64,000 nucleotides of DNA from Rhodospirillaceae bacterium. Lineage in GTDB: Bacteria > Pseudomonadota > Alphaproteobacteria > GCA-2731375. Positions 47,747-57,199 of this stretch are shown in pieces (positions within the stretch are counted from its first letter, which is position 1; every line of letters starts with the position of its first letter). Where the stretch lies: NCBI GenBank assembly GCA_018667855.1, contig JABIRL010000002.1, positions 2,300 through 66,299 on the forward strand, written 5' to 3'. A program made the translations under genes and the position numbers. The notes beneath the pieces are model-generated. The model was not told the origin of the DNA, made no database searches, and worked only from the letters and a program-made list of their open reading frames with translations.

Positions 47747-47880
47747 TATTGGCTATTTCCAGGCCGGGATTTGCGCGCTACAATTTGCCGTAAGTTCAAT
47801 AAGATAATGAACAATAAAGAGCGGCGGCCGACGCGTATTTGTATTGGTTAGCTGGCGCCAGTGTTTGGGGAGCTCAACCG

Positions 47881-48492
47881 ATGTCCGCCAACGGCGACCA
47901 TTGGGAAGACCTGGCAGAAGTAGAAGCACAGCGCGCCGCGTTGTATGCGCTATTGGCGCGCCTGTTGGCCGCGCCGCCAGAGGCTGATTTCCTTGAAAAT
48001 CTGCAACAATTGCAAGGTGACGAGACGCCTCTTGGAGTGGCGTTATCCGCACTGGCGCAGGCAGCGAAGCTTGCCCCGGCGGATGTCGAGGAAGAATTCA
48101 CCAAACTGTTTTACGGCATGGGTCAGGGCGGCGAAATCCTGCCCTATGCCTCCTATTATCTGACTGGCAGTCTGCATGACCGGCCGCTGGCTGAATTGCG
48201 CCGCGATATGGAGCGCCTCGGCATCGCTCGCGGTAATGTGAATGACGAGCCGGAGGATCATGCCGCCGCCTTGATGGAAATGATGCATGGCTTAATCGCC
48301 GGGCGGTTTGGCGGCGGCGTCGCTGATCTGCCGGAACAGACACGGTTTTTCAATGCCCATGTCGCCCCATGGGCCGGAGATTTTTTTATGGATTTGGAAG
48401 CGGCCTCTTCCGCCGTCTTCTTCATTGCGGTCGCGAAGTTGGGCCGCGTGTTTCTGGAAATCGAAGGCAACGCTTTCCAGATGGCGGCATGA
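47881..48492 (+). CDS. TorD/DmsD-family molybdo/tungstoenzyme chaperone
   Basis: RAALY.LLA.LL..PP, V.EEF..LF.G.G.G.E.LPYASYYLTG.L...PLA.LR, EPEDH.A.L.E.M, FF..H..PW; ATG 47881 chosen (track ORF starts 47839). Confidence 0.88.
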   Translation: MSANGDHWEDLAEVEAQRAALYALLARLLAAPPEADFLENLQQLQGDETPLGVALSALAQAAKLAPADVEEEFTKLFYGMGQGGEILPYASYYLTGSLHDRPLAELRRDMERLGIARGNVNDEPEDHAAALMEMMHGLIAGRFGGGVADLPEQTRFFNAHVAPWAGDFFMDLEAASSAVFFIAVAKLGRVFLEIEGNAFQMAA

Positions 48493-48561
48493 TGCCGCGA
48501 GTCGAAATGGCAGCCACGGTAGCGATAGGCCCGTGACCGTCATCAAGAGCGTGAGGAGCGC

Positions 48562-48783
48562 ATGATGAAAGAAGGCAAGAAGCAACCTGAAGGCCAGGGG
48601 GATGTGGGGACGGTGAAACGTCGCGACTTCCTGAAACAGGCCGGATTGGTGGTCGGCACGGCCGGTGCCGCCGCGGTGATGGCGAAAACGACGGAAGCCG
48701 AGGCGGCGGACGTTAAAACCGCCGGAGGCGGATATCAGGAAACCGAGCATGTTCGGACCTATTACGAACTGGCCAAATTCTAA
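48562..48783 (+). CDS. Small twin-arginine (Tat) protein of the FDH region
   Basis: RRDFLK Tat motif, hydrophobic segment, C-terminal GYQETEHVRTYY. Confidence 0.82.
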   Translation: MMKEGKKQPEGQGDVGTVKRRDFLKQAGLVVGTAGAAAVMAKTTEAEAADVKTAGGGYQETEHVRTYYELAKF

Positions 48784-48865
48784 GGCCGGATCGCGAAGAC
48801 AGGTTCAGGGAAGGCGTTCGAGGCCAAAATTGGCCTGGCGGAAATATTCAATTCGGGAGAATTAG

Positions 48866-51733
48866 ATGCTTACCAAGAAAATCAACGGGGTTGCGCAAGG
48901 CCCCCGTTTGAAACAGAGCTTGGCATCGGTTGTGGGAACCACGGTCAACCGCCGTGCGTTTCTGGCGCAATCGGGATTAGCGGCCGGTGGCGCCGCATTG
49001 GCGACGACGGTGCCACTGGGTACCGTGAAGAAGGCCAAGGCGCAGGCCGCCACGGGCAGCGTTAAAAAAGTCAAATCCGTCTGCACCCATTGCTCTGTCG
49101 GCTGCACCGTCATCGCGGAAGTCGACAAGGGCGTCTGGGTCGGGCAGGAGCCCGGCTTTGAAAGCCCCTTCAACCTGGGCGCCCATTGCGCCAAGGGCGC
49201 CTCGGTGCGCGAACACGCACATAACGAGCGCCGGTTGAAGTATCCCATGAAGCTGGAAGGCGGCAAATGGAAGAAAGTATCCTGGGATCAGGCGGTCAAC
49301 GAGATCGGCGACAAGATGCTCGACATCCGCAAATCCTCGGGTCCAGATTCGGTTTATTGGCTCGGCTCCGCCAAATTCAATAACGAACAATCCTACCTGT
49401 TCCGGAAATTTTACGCCTTCTGGGGGTCCAACAACGGCGACCATCAGGCGCGGATCTGTCATTCGACCACGGTCGCGGGTGTTGCCAACACCTGGGGCTA
49501 TGGCGCCATGACCAATTCCTACAATGATATGCACAACTCCCGGGCCATGTTCCTGATCGGCTCGAACCCGGCGGAAGCCCATCCGGTGGCCGTGCAGCAT
49601 ATCCTCAAGGCGAAAGAGCAGAACAACGCTGCGCTGATCGTCTGCGATCCCCGCTTCACTAGGACCGCAGCCCATGCGGATGAATATGTCCGTTTCCGCC
49701 CCGGCACCGACGTTGCGCTGATCTGGGGCCTTCTGTGGCACGTCTTCGAGAATAGCTGGGAGGACAAGGAATTCATCCGCCAGCGGGTTTGGGGTCTGGA
49801 AGAGATCAAGGCCGAAGTCGCCAAATGGACGCCGGAAGAGACCGAACGGGTTACCGGCGTACCGGGCTCGCAACTCAAACGGGTTGCGCGCACCATGGCC
49901 AATAACCGTCCCGGCACCATCGTATGGTGCATGGGCGGTACCCAGCATACTAACGGCAACAACAACACCCGGGCTTACTGCATCATGCAACTGGCCCTGG
50001 GCAACATGGGCGTGGCTGGTGGCGGCGCGAATATCTTCCGCGGCCACGACAATGTGCAGGGTGCGACCGATTTTTGCATCCTCTCCCACAGTCTGCCGGG
50101 TTACTACGGCCTGAAGGCTGGTTCGTGGAAGCATTGGTGCCGGGTCTGGGGCGTCGATTATGAGTATGTGAAGGGCCGTTTCGCGTCCAAGAAACTCATG
50201 GAATCAAAGGGCATTCCGGTGTCCCGCTGGATCGACGGCGTGCTGGAGAACAAGGACAAGATCGACCAGCCGGATAATCTCCGCGCCATGGTGCTGTGGG
50301 GTCACGCCGTGAACTCGCAAACCCGTTTGCCGGAGATGAAGAAGGCGATGGAGAAACTCGACCTGATGGTCGTGATCGATCCGGTGCCCACCTTCGCCTC
50401 CGTAATCCCCGACCGTCAGGACGGCATCTATGTCCTGCCGGCGGCAACGCAGTTCGAGACCTATGGTTCTGTCACCGCATCGAACCGGTCCCTGCAATGG
50501 CGGGATAAGGTGTTTGAGCCGCTTTTCGAATCCAAGCCGGATCACGAGATCATGTATCTCATGGCCAAAAAGCTTGGTTTTGCGAAAGAAATGTTCAAAC
50601 AGATCAAGGTCACCAATAACGAGCCCTTGATCGAGGACATTACCCGCGAATTCAATGGCGGCATGTGGACGATCGGCTACACCGGCCAGTCGCCCGAGCG
50701 GATGCGCAAGCAGATGGCCAATCAGTCCACCTTCGACAAAACCACGTTGCTGGCAAATGGTGGACCCTGCGATGGCGAATATTACGGCCTGCCCTGGCCT
50801 TGCTGGGGCACGGCGGATATGAAGCATCCCGGCACGCCGATCCTCTATGATCCCTCCAAACCGGTGGCGGAAGGTGGTTTGACGTTCCGGGCCCGCTTTG
50901 GTGTTCAGCGCAACGGTGAAAACCTGTTGGCTGAAGGGTCTTATTCGGTTGGCTCCGAGATTAAGGACGGCTATCCCGAATTCTCCATGGCCATGCTGAA
51001 AAAGCTTGGCTGGGACAAGGACCTGACCGCTGATGAACGCAAGGCGATCGAGGCGGTAGCCGGCGACAAGACCAACTGGAAGACCGATCTTTCGGGCGGC
51101 ATCCAGCGGGTCGCCATCAAACACGGCTGCGCCCCGTTCGGCAACGCCAAGGCACGCACGGTGGTCTGGACCTTCCCGGATCCGGTGCCCCTGCATCGAG
51201 AGCCGCTTTATACACCGCGGCGTGATCTGCTGCCCAAGTATGCGACCTACAAGGACAAACAGGCCTATCGCCTGCCGACCATGTACGCATCGATTCAGGC
51301 GAAGGACTTTTCCAAGGACTTCCCGACCATTTTGACGTCGGGGCGTCTGGTGGAATACGAAGGCGGCGGCGATGAATCCCGGTCCAACAAATGGCTGGCG
51401 GAATTGCAGCAGGAAATGTTCTGCGAGATCAATCCCCGCGATGCCAACAACCTCGGGATCAAGGAAGGCGGCGATATCTGGGTCCACAGCCCGGAAGGCG
51501 GCAAGGTACTGGTCAAGGCCCTGGTGACGGAACGGGTCAACGCCGGTGTTGCCTTCATGCCGTTCCATTTCGGCGGCCACTGGCAGGGCAAGGACCTGCG
51601 GGACAAGTATCCACCGGGGGCTGATCCATATGTCCTTGGCGAAGCCTCGAACATGGTCGGCACGTACGGCTATGACTCGGTAACCCAGATGCAGGAAACG
51701 AAAGTTACCCTGTGTCGCATTGAAGCAGCTTAG
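48866..51733 (+). CDS. fdhA: Periplasmic formate dehydrogenase alpha subunit (Mo/W-bisPGD, Cys ligand)
   Basis: Tat NRRAFL; CTHCSVGC..C.KG Fe-S motif; QARICHSTTVAG active-site Cys-His; RGHDNVQG; LTSGRLVEY..GG. Confidence 0.95.
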   Translation: MLTKKINGVAQGPRLKQSLASVVGTTVNRRAFLAQSGLAAGGAALATTVPLGTVKKAKAQAATGSVKKVKSVCTHCSVGCTVIAEVDKGVWVGQEPGFESPFNLGAHCAKGASVREHAHNERRLKYPMKLEGGKWKKVSWDQAVNEIGDKMLDIRKSSGPDSVYWLGSAKFNNEQSYLFRKFYAFWGSNNGDHQARICHSTTVAGVANTWGYGAMTNSYNDMHNSRAMFLIGSNPAEAHPVAVQHILKAKEQNNAALIVCDPRFTRTAAHADEYVRFRPGTDVALIWGLLWHVFENSWEDKEFIRQRVWGLEEIKAEVAKWTPEETERVTGVPGSQLKRVARTMANNRPGTIVWCMGGTQHTNGNNNTRAYCIMQLALGNMGVAGGGANIFRGHDNVQGATDFCILSHSLPGYYGLKAGSWKHWCRVWGVDYEYVKGRFASKKLMESKGIPVSRWIDGVLENKDKIDQPDNLRAMVLWGHAVNSQTRLPEMKKAMEKLDLMVVIDPVPTFASVIPDRQDGIYVLPAATQFETYGSVTASNRSLQWRDKVFEPLFESKPDHEIMYLMAKKLGFAKEMFKQIKVTNNEPLIEDITREFNGGMWTIGYTGQSPERMRKQMANQSTFDKTTLLANGGPCDGEYYGLPWPCWGTADMKHPGTPILYDPSKPVAEGGLTFRARFGVQRNGENLLAEGSYSVGSEIKDGYPEFSMAMLKKLGWDKDLTADERKAIEAVAGDKTNWKTDLSGGIQRVAIKHGCAPFGNAKARTVVWTFPDPVPLHREPLYTPRRDLLPKYATYKDKQAYRLPTMYASIQAKDFSKDFPTILTSGRLVEYEGGGDESRSNKWLAELQQEMFCEINPRDANNLGIKEGGDIWVHSPEGGKVLVKALVTERVNAGVAFMPFHFGGHWQGKDLRDKYPPGADPYVLGEASNMVGTYGYDSVTQMQETKVTLCRIEAA

Positions 51734-51750
51734 GCGGGGAGGAATAGACA

Positions 51751-52347
51751 ATGGCTAGAATGAAATTTCTCTGCGACGCCGAACGCTGCATCGAATGCAA
51801 CGCCTGTGTCACGGCCTGTAAGAACGAGAACGAGGTGCCCTGGGGCGTCAATCGCCGCCGCGTGGTGACCCTGAACGACGGCAAACCGGGCGAACGTTCC
51901 ATTTCCGTCGCCTGCATGCATTGTTCGGATGCACCCTGCATCGCGGTCTGCCCCGTTGACTGCATCTATCAAAGCGAAGAAGGCGTTGTCCTGCACTCCA
52001 AGGATCTGTGCATCGGCTGCGGCTATTGCTTCTTCGCCTGCCCGTTCGGCGCGCCGCAATATCCCCAGGCGGGGAACTACGGCAGCCGCGGCAAGATGGA
52101 CAAATGCACCTTCTGTGCCGGTGGACCGGAGGAAGATATGTCTTCCGCCGAATTCCAGAAGTACGGACGCAACCGTCTGGCCGAAGGCAAATTGCCGATC
52201 TGTGCCGAGATGTGCTCGACCAAGGCCTTGCTGGCCGGCGACGGCAACATCGTCTCGAACATCTACCGCGAGCGCGTGGTCGCCCGCGGGTTCGGCTCCG
52301 GCGCATGGGGCTGGGGCACGGCCTACAAACTGAAGTCTGGTTCGTAG
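51751..52347 (+). CDS. fdhB: Formate dehydrogenase iron-sulfur (beta) subunit
   Basis: CIECNAC..AC, CMHC..APC..VCP, CIGCGYCFFACP, KCTFC, C..MC. Confidence 0.95.
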   Translation: MARMKFLCDAERCIECNACVTACKNENEVPWGVNRRRVVTLNDGKPGERSISVACMHCSDAPCIAVCPVDCIYQSEEGVVLHSKDLCIGCGYCFFACPFGAPQYPQAGNYGSRGKMDKCTFCAGGPEEDMSSAEFQKYGRNRLAEGKLPICAEMCSTKALLAGDGNIVSNIYRERVVARGFGSGAWGWGTAYKLKSGS

Positions 52348-52363
52348 GCAAAAGTTTGGTGTC

Positions 52364-52391
52364 GGCGGGCCGTGGTCATTCACGGTCCGCC
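52364..52391 (+). other. Intercistronic stem-loop between fdhB and fdhC
   Basis: GGCGGGCCGTG-gtcatt-CACGGTCCGCC (11-bp stem including one G-U pair); no U-tract. Confidence 0.5.
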
Positions 52392-52442
52392 GTGCCATTT
52401 CGGCGGACTAGACGACTGTTTCGTTGCACCGGGGGCTAAGGA

Positions 52443-53549
52443 ATGTTTCACGCGTTTGGCCTGGCCAGGATTACCGCTCTGTTCCTGGCTGTTTTTTTCG
52501 TCCTCGCCGGCAATCTTGCCCAGGCGCAACAGAAACCATCTTCGGTGCGCCCACCGACCGGCGCCGCTCAAACGGCGCCGGGTGGCTCCGTGCCCGGCGA
52601 GGCGCTGGGCAACATCAGTGATTCCGAAACCTGGCGCAAGATCCGACATGGCGGCCAGGGCCGGGTCACGATTCCCGATCCCAACGCCGGCGTCTTGGTA
52701 CAGTCCCAGGGAGAAGATTTTCGCAATTTCCGGAACAACAAATTGACCCAGGTCGGTGCCTGGTCCCTGCTGGGCATCATCGTGTTGTTGGCGGTTTATT
52801 TCCTTATCCGCGGCCGCATTCGCATTGAAGCCGGCGCCGCGGGCCACACCGTTCTACGATTTAACGGCATTGAACGCTTTGCCCACTGGTTGACCGCCGG
52901 CTCCTTCATTGTGCTCGGCCTCACGGGCCTTAACATGCTGTATGGCAAGCTCGTGCTGTTGCCCGTCATTGGTTCGTCGGCCTTTGCGGCATTGACCCTC
53001 GCGGGGAAGTATTCCCACAATTTTCTGGGCTTCGCCTTCGCCGTCGGCGTTGTCCTGATGGTCCTGCTATGGCTGCGTGACAATCTACCCAGCCGCCATG
53101 ACATTCGATGGATCGCCTTGGGCGGCGGTATGTTCAGCAAGGGTGTGCATCCCCCGGCGAAAAAATTCAACGCCGGTCAGAAAATTATCTTCTGGGTGGT
53201 CGTGCTGACCGGCCTGTCACTTGTGGCAACTGGTTTGTCCTTGATGTTCCCGTTTCAAATCGCGCTATTTGAAAGCACATTCAAGTTTCTCAATATCTTT
53301 GGATCCAACCTGCCGACCGAATTGACACCACTGCAGGAAACACAGCTCGCACTGTTATGGCATTCAATCGTGGCTCTGGTGGCTATCGTCGTGATCATCG
53401 CCCATATCTATATCGGAACCTTGGGCATGGAAGGCGCCATCGATGCAGTTACCACGGGCGAAGTCGATGAGAACTGGGCCCATGAACATCATAGTCTTTG
53501 GCTGGCAGAATTAAGGGAGTCAGAGGGCAAACAAGCCCCTGGCGATTAG
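52443..53549 (+). CDS. fdhC: Formate dehydrogenase gamma (cytochrome b) subunit with N-terminal extension
   Basis: RFNGIERFAHW, LGLTG, KY.HNF, KFNAGQK..FW, HS..A....IIAHIY.GT.GMEGA..A..TG.VD.NWA.EHH..W. Confidence 0.92.
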   Translation: MFHAFGLARITALFLAVFFVLAGNLAQAQQKPSSVRPPTGAAQTAPGGSVPGEALGNISDSETWRKIRHGGQGRVTIPDPNAGVLVQSQGEDFRNFRNNKLTQVGAWSLLGIIVLLAVYFLIRGRIRIEAGAAGHTVLRFNGIERFAHWLTAGSFIVLGLTGLNMLYGKLVLLPVIGSSAFAALTLAGKYSHNFLGFAFAVGVVLMVLLWLRDNLPSRHDIRWIALGGGMFSKGVHPPAKKFNAGQKIIFWVVVLTGLSLVATGLSLMFPFQIALFESTFKFLNIFGSNLPTELTPLQETQLALLWHSIVALVAIVVIIAHIYIGTLGMEGAIDAVTTGEVDENWAHEHHSLWLAELRESEGKQAPGD

Positions 53550-53672
53550 CTATAGCCGTACACTTGAAGCGCTTTGACTTTCGACCGAACCGCCCTCGAT
53601 CAAGGTGATCCCACCGGCAGCTAGAAGTGCGATGACAATCGCGGCGGCGAAGCCCAACCACATGGCACGCAT
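53550..53672 (-). CDS. Small single-pass membrane/secreted protein (40 aa), absent from the ORF track
   Basis: Manual translation MRAMWLGFAAAIVIALLAAGGITLIEGGSVESQSASSVRL*; GGAG RBS about 7 nt upstream; follows the WD40-cytochrome c gene. Confidence 0.65.
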   Translation of the reverse strand: MRAMWLGFAAAIVIALLAAGGITLIEGGSVESQSASSVRL

Positions 53673-53740
53673 ATTATGTCTCCGTTCTGGTTCGTCAAAA
53701 GGTTATCACGCCGTGCCGGCCAGCGGAAGGTTCCGGAACT

Positions 53741-55087
53741 TCAATTGGCCGGCACGATCTGTTCCAGATAATCCACAAGGTGTTCAAGGCTGGCTTCATC
53801 GCCCACTTTCTGCACGGGCATTTTCGTGCCCGGCACATAGCGGTCGGGGCCCTGGCGGAACAATTCGGCGATGGTCTTGCGTGACCAGACCACCCGTGCC
53901 TCCCGCAGCGCCTTGGAATAGCGATATCCCGCAAGTCCCCCGGCCTTGCGGCCAAACAGGCCATCGAAATGAGGTCCCGCCCGTTGCCGCTCGTCTTTCG
54001 TCAATGCGTGGCAGTTGGCGCATTTTCGAAACAGCCTAGCGCCCGGGTGATCACTCTCCAACCAAGGCGCGTGCCGGTCACCATCATCGTCTTCGCCGAC
54101 GCTGATACGGTCGCCGGATTCCAGATGCCAAACGCGCACCCGTTCGCTGATACCCGCCGACAGCGCAAAACGGCCATCCGGCGTGAAGGCCACGGCCCAG
54201 ACGGGACCGTCTTCCACCTTCAGCCGTCGCTTGACGCGGCCACTCACCGTATCCAGATGTACCAGATTACCGTCCACATAGCCGATCAACATCTCGGAAC
54301 CGTCCACGGACAGCACGACGGACACCGGTTTGACCTCCGGATCCGGGGCGTAGGAAGAAACCGCGGCAAGCGTCGCCAGATCCCAGACCCGGGCCGCATT
54401 GTCCAGGCCAATGGTCACCAGACGGCGACCGTCGCCGGATGCCGCCAGTTGGGTCAGGCCGATATCATGGGCCCGGATGCGGCCGATGGTAACCCCGTCG
54501 GCTCGGCGAAGCAGACGGACAATCCCATCCCGTCCGCCGGCAACAAACATATCTGAACCAAGGCCCAGCGCGGCTGACACAATGGGTACCCCGGTGTCGT
54601 AGTCCTTGATCTTGGCGCCTTGGGCCAGGTTCCAAAGGATTAACCGGCCATCCCAGCCGGCAGTCAGGATTTCCTTGCCATCCGGAGTTTCGACAACGGA
54701 CATGGTCCTGCCATGATGGCCGTTCATGACAACGGTCGGCCCGGCCTTCCGACGATCCCAGAGAATAACCTTGCCATCCGCGCCAACGGTAACAATGGCC
54801 TTGTCATGCCGGGAAAATATGGCGCCGTTTACCGGCCCGTCATGGCCATCGAGACTTCGAAGTTCCCGCTGCTCGTCAAATCGCCAAAGCCGTGCGGAAT
54901 AGTCGAAGCTTGCCGTCAAAGCATACTGGCCATCAGCCGACACGGCGATGGACCGTATCATTCCGCCATGGCCAACCATGTCGGCCTCAGCGATCGTGGG
55001 CATGGTGAAAATGGCGGCCAACAATGCCGCGCCCGCGACGATAGTTCTGCCGCCCGCCATCGCCATTCTTTTCTCCGACAGCCCCAT
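53741..55087 (-). CDS. WD40 beta-propeller fused to a class I c-type cytochrome
   Basis: Signal peptide; repeated GH..V...TAS.D..AR.W / WD units; C-terminal GARLFRKCANCH, GP.F.GLFGRKAG, PGTKM. Confidence 0.88.
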   Translation of the reverse strand: MGLSEKRMAMAGGRTIVAGAALLAAIFTMPTIAEADMVGHGGMIRSIAVSADGQYALTASFDYSARLWRFDEQRELRSLDGHDGPVNGAIFSRHDKAIVTVGADGKVILWDRRKAGPTVVMNGHHGRTMSVVETPDGKEILTAGWDGRLILWNLAQGAKIKDYDTGVPIVSAALGLGSDMFVAGGRDGIVRLLRRADGVTIGRIRAHDIGLTQLAASGDGRRLVTIGLDNAARVWDLATLAAVSSYAPDPEVKPVSVVLSVDGSEMLIGYVDGNLVHLDTVSGRVKRRLKVEDGPVWAVAFTPDGRFALSAGISERVRVWHLESGDRISVGEDDDGDRHAPWLESDHPGARLFRKCANCHALTKDERQRAGPHFDGLFGRKAGGLAGYRYSKALREARVVWSRKTIAELFRQGPDRYVPGTKMPVQKVGDEASLEHLVDYLEQIVPAN

Positions 55088-55188
55088 AATCGCACCATAC
55101 CGGCTTAGACCATGAATGTCGCCAGAGCTTTATGCCCCAAGGCGTTGGGTAATTCCGCTATACTGCACCACAAAAGGGGACGGGGTTA

Positions 55189-56208
55189 ATGGCGGAATTT
55201 TGGCGCAATAGTGGGTTTCAGCTTCTCTCTCATGGAGAGGACGGTTTTCTGAAACTGAGTGGCGATTTCCTGCGCGCCTATCTCCATCGCCCGGAACTGG
55301 CCCCCGTCGAAGAATCCTGCCAAAACGAATTACGCCTGCACGCCATGCTCGTCGAACAGCCCATGGTGGAAGTCAGCGACAACGAGCTGGCCGCGCTGGA
55401 GGATGAGGACGCCAGACAGAATTTCCAACTGTTCCTGAATTACCGCGCGCGCATGAGCCAGGCGGAAAATCTGGAACAAGGTTATCTCAACCTGTTTCGT
55501 CCAGGGGGGCGGATCGATTTTCCGCCTCTGTTCGTGGATCATCTCAGCCATGTCATATTGCACAATATCCTGAAAAATGCCGACGACAGCTTTGAGTTAC
55601 GCGCGGGCGAATTGTTCTTTCGTGAACAGGATGTACGCAACACTTCCGGTACAGTTATGTTGGTTGATGTTGAAGCCGCTCAAATCCGGCAGCAGCAACG
55701 GGGTAGCAATCCCATCAGCCTTCTGGATATGCTGCGTACCGGTTCCATCCTGGGCGCGAATGAGTTGGAGACGTTAACGGATGATAATGTCGGCAAATAT
55801 CTTGATCGTTCCGAGGCCTTCGATTTCGCCCTCGATCTGACTTACGGCCGCCGGGGCAGCATCGCCCTGTGTCGCGTGATGGAGCGTTGGGTCAGCCATT
55901 TTCTTGGTGTTTCGGTAAGCATAGAACCACAAGAACAGATCGACGATGACCGCTGGTCCTGGCATATCGGACTGGATGTGGAAGCTTCCGCGCTTTTGAA
56001 TGACCTTTATGAACAGAACGAGATCGAAGATGAACGCCTGGGCCGGCTGCTCAGCCTGTATCGCCTGACCTTTGACGATGACGGCGATATGCGCGCCGAC
56101 CTCTCCGGCCGACCCATCTATCTGGGCCTTTGCATAGGCGCCAATGGCAAATTGCGTTTCAAACCACAAAACCTGCTGGTAAATTTGCCGCTGGCAGCCA
56201 CGGCGTAG
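55189..56208 (+). CDS. DUF6352-like protein
   Basis: FW..SG..LL, LRAYL.RPELAP.EESC..E..LH, PPLF.D.L..VIL.N.L, F.LDL..GR.G..AL..V.E.WV.HF, W.WHIGLD.EA..LLNDLY, KPQNLL.NLP. Confidence 0.75.
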   Translation: MAEFWRNSGFQLLSHGEDGFLKLSGDFLRAYLHRPELAPVEESCQNELRLHAMLVEQPMVEVSDNELAALEDEDARQNFQLFLNYRARMSQAENLEQGYLNLFRPGGRIDFPPLFVDHLSHVILHNILKNADDSFELRAGELFFREQDVRNTSGTVMLVDVEAAQIRQQQRGSNPISLLDMLRTGSILGANELETLTDDNVGKYLDRSEAFDFALDLTYGRRGSIALCRVMERWVSHFLGVSVSIEPQEQIDDDRWSWHIGLDVEASALLNDLYEQNEIEDERLGRLLSLYRLTFDDDGDMRADLSGRPIYLGLCIGANGKLRFKPQNLLVNLPLAATA

Positions 56209-56236
56209 CGCACATAGTAAGCACGAGGATACCAGG

Positions 56237-57190
56237 ATGATCGAGCTGTTTCCCTTTTCCGGCTTTCAGGTCGCCGTACTGGGCCTTGGCCCGGAAGGCC
56301 TGGCCAGCGCGCGGGCCTTGTCCCTTAGCGGCGCCGAGGTTTGGGCCTGGGATGATGACCCGGCAAAGCGTGCGGCGGCGGCGGCAGCCGACATTCCGGT
56401 CCATGATCTTGCCAACGTGGATTGGCGGGAATGGGTCAGCCTAGTCATCGAACACCATATTCCCCACGGCACGGCGGGGGCGCACGCAGTCGTTAGCGCG
56501 GCGCGGGCCGGTGGCTGCGAAGTGATATCCGATGCCGAACTGCTGGCCCGGGCGCAACGGGATGCAGCCTACGTGGCGGTTGTGTCCAAGGAGCACGCAG
56601 CTGATGCCTTGAATGTTTTCGCGCATGTGCTGCAGATTACCGGCCGCGAGGCGGAGGTCGGCGGTGACGCGGCGCGGCCGCTGCTTGATCTGTACGGGAT
56701 GGATCTAGGCGGCGTTTATGCCATCGACATGCCGCCGGCGCGGGCCGATCTAACGGTCTCGATTACCTTCGATGCCGCTGTTTTTCTTGATATCGGTACC
56801 GGCGCCTGGCCACCTTGTGCGGATCGGGACGAGACAATGGCTGCAAGCCGTTGGGTCTTTCACCGCCAAACAATTCCCAAAGGCGCCGTGATCTCGGTCG
56901 ATAGCGCCGCCGGCCGTCAGTTCCTGGAACAGCTATCGGCAAAGGCCGAACAGATCATTGTTCCCGTATCCGGGCGATCACGTGCGCCGGGCGGCATCTA
57001 CGTGGTCGATGGCGTGCTGTATGACGATATGGACGGCGATGCCATGGCGATTACCGACCTGCCGCTGGGCCAATCCGCTTCCGAGCAAACCGAGGCCCTG
57101 CTGGCGGCAAGTGTCTATGCCACCGCCATTATCCTCAACATCTCCCCGCCGGCCGCCATGGCCAGCCTGCGCAGCTATTACGCCGAGTAA
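56237..57190 (+). CDS. Truncated, probably catalytically inactive MurD paralog
   Basis: N-terminus follows alphaproteobacterial MurD (VAVLGLG..GLA.ARAL...GAEV.AWDD, DL..VDW, H..V..AR..G.E.I.D.EL); P-loop and later motifs degenerate; C-terminal domain missing. Confidence 0.7.
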   Translation: MIELFPFSGFQVAVLGLGPEGLASARALSLSGAEVWAWDDDPAKRAAAAAADIPVHDLANVDWREWVSLVIEHHIPHGTAGAHAVVSAARAGGCEVISDAELLARAQRDAAYVAVVSKEHAADALNVFAHVLQITGREAEVGGDAARPLLDLYGMDLGGVYAIDMPPARADLTVSITFDAAVFLDIGTGAWPPCADRDETMAASRWVFHRQTIPKGAVISVDSAAGRQFLEQLSAKAEQIIVPVSGRSRAPGGIYVVDGVLYDDMDGDAMAITDLPLGQSASEQTEALLAASVYATAIILNISPPAAMASLRSYYAE

Positions 57191-57199
57191 CGGAAGCAG

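Noticed and set aside
49444-49470. Possible selenocysteine/SECIS in FdhA
   Set aside because: The active-site codon is TGT (QARICHS), and there is no in-frame TGA in the 955-aa ORF
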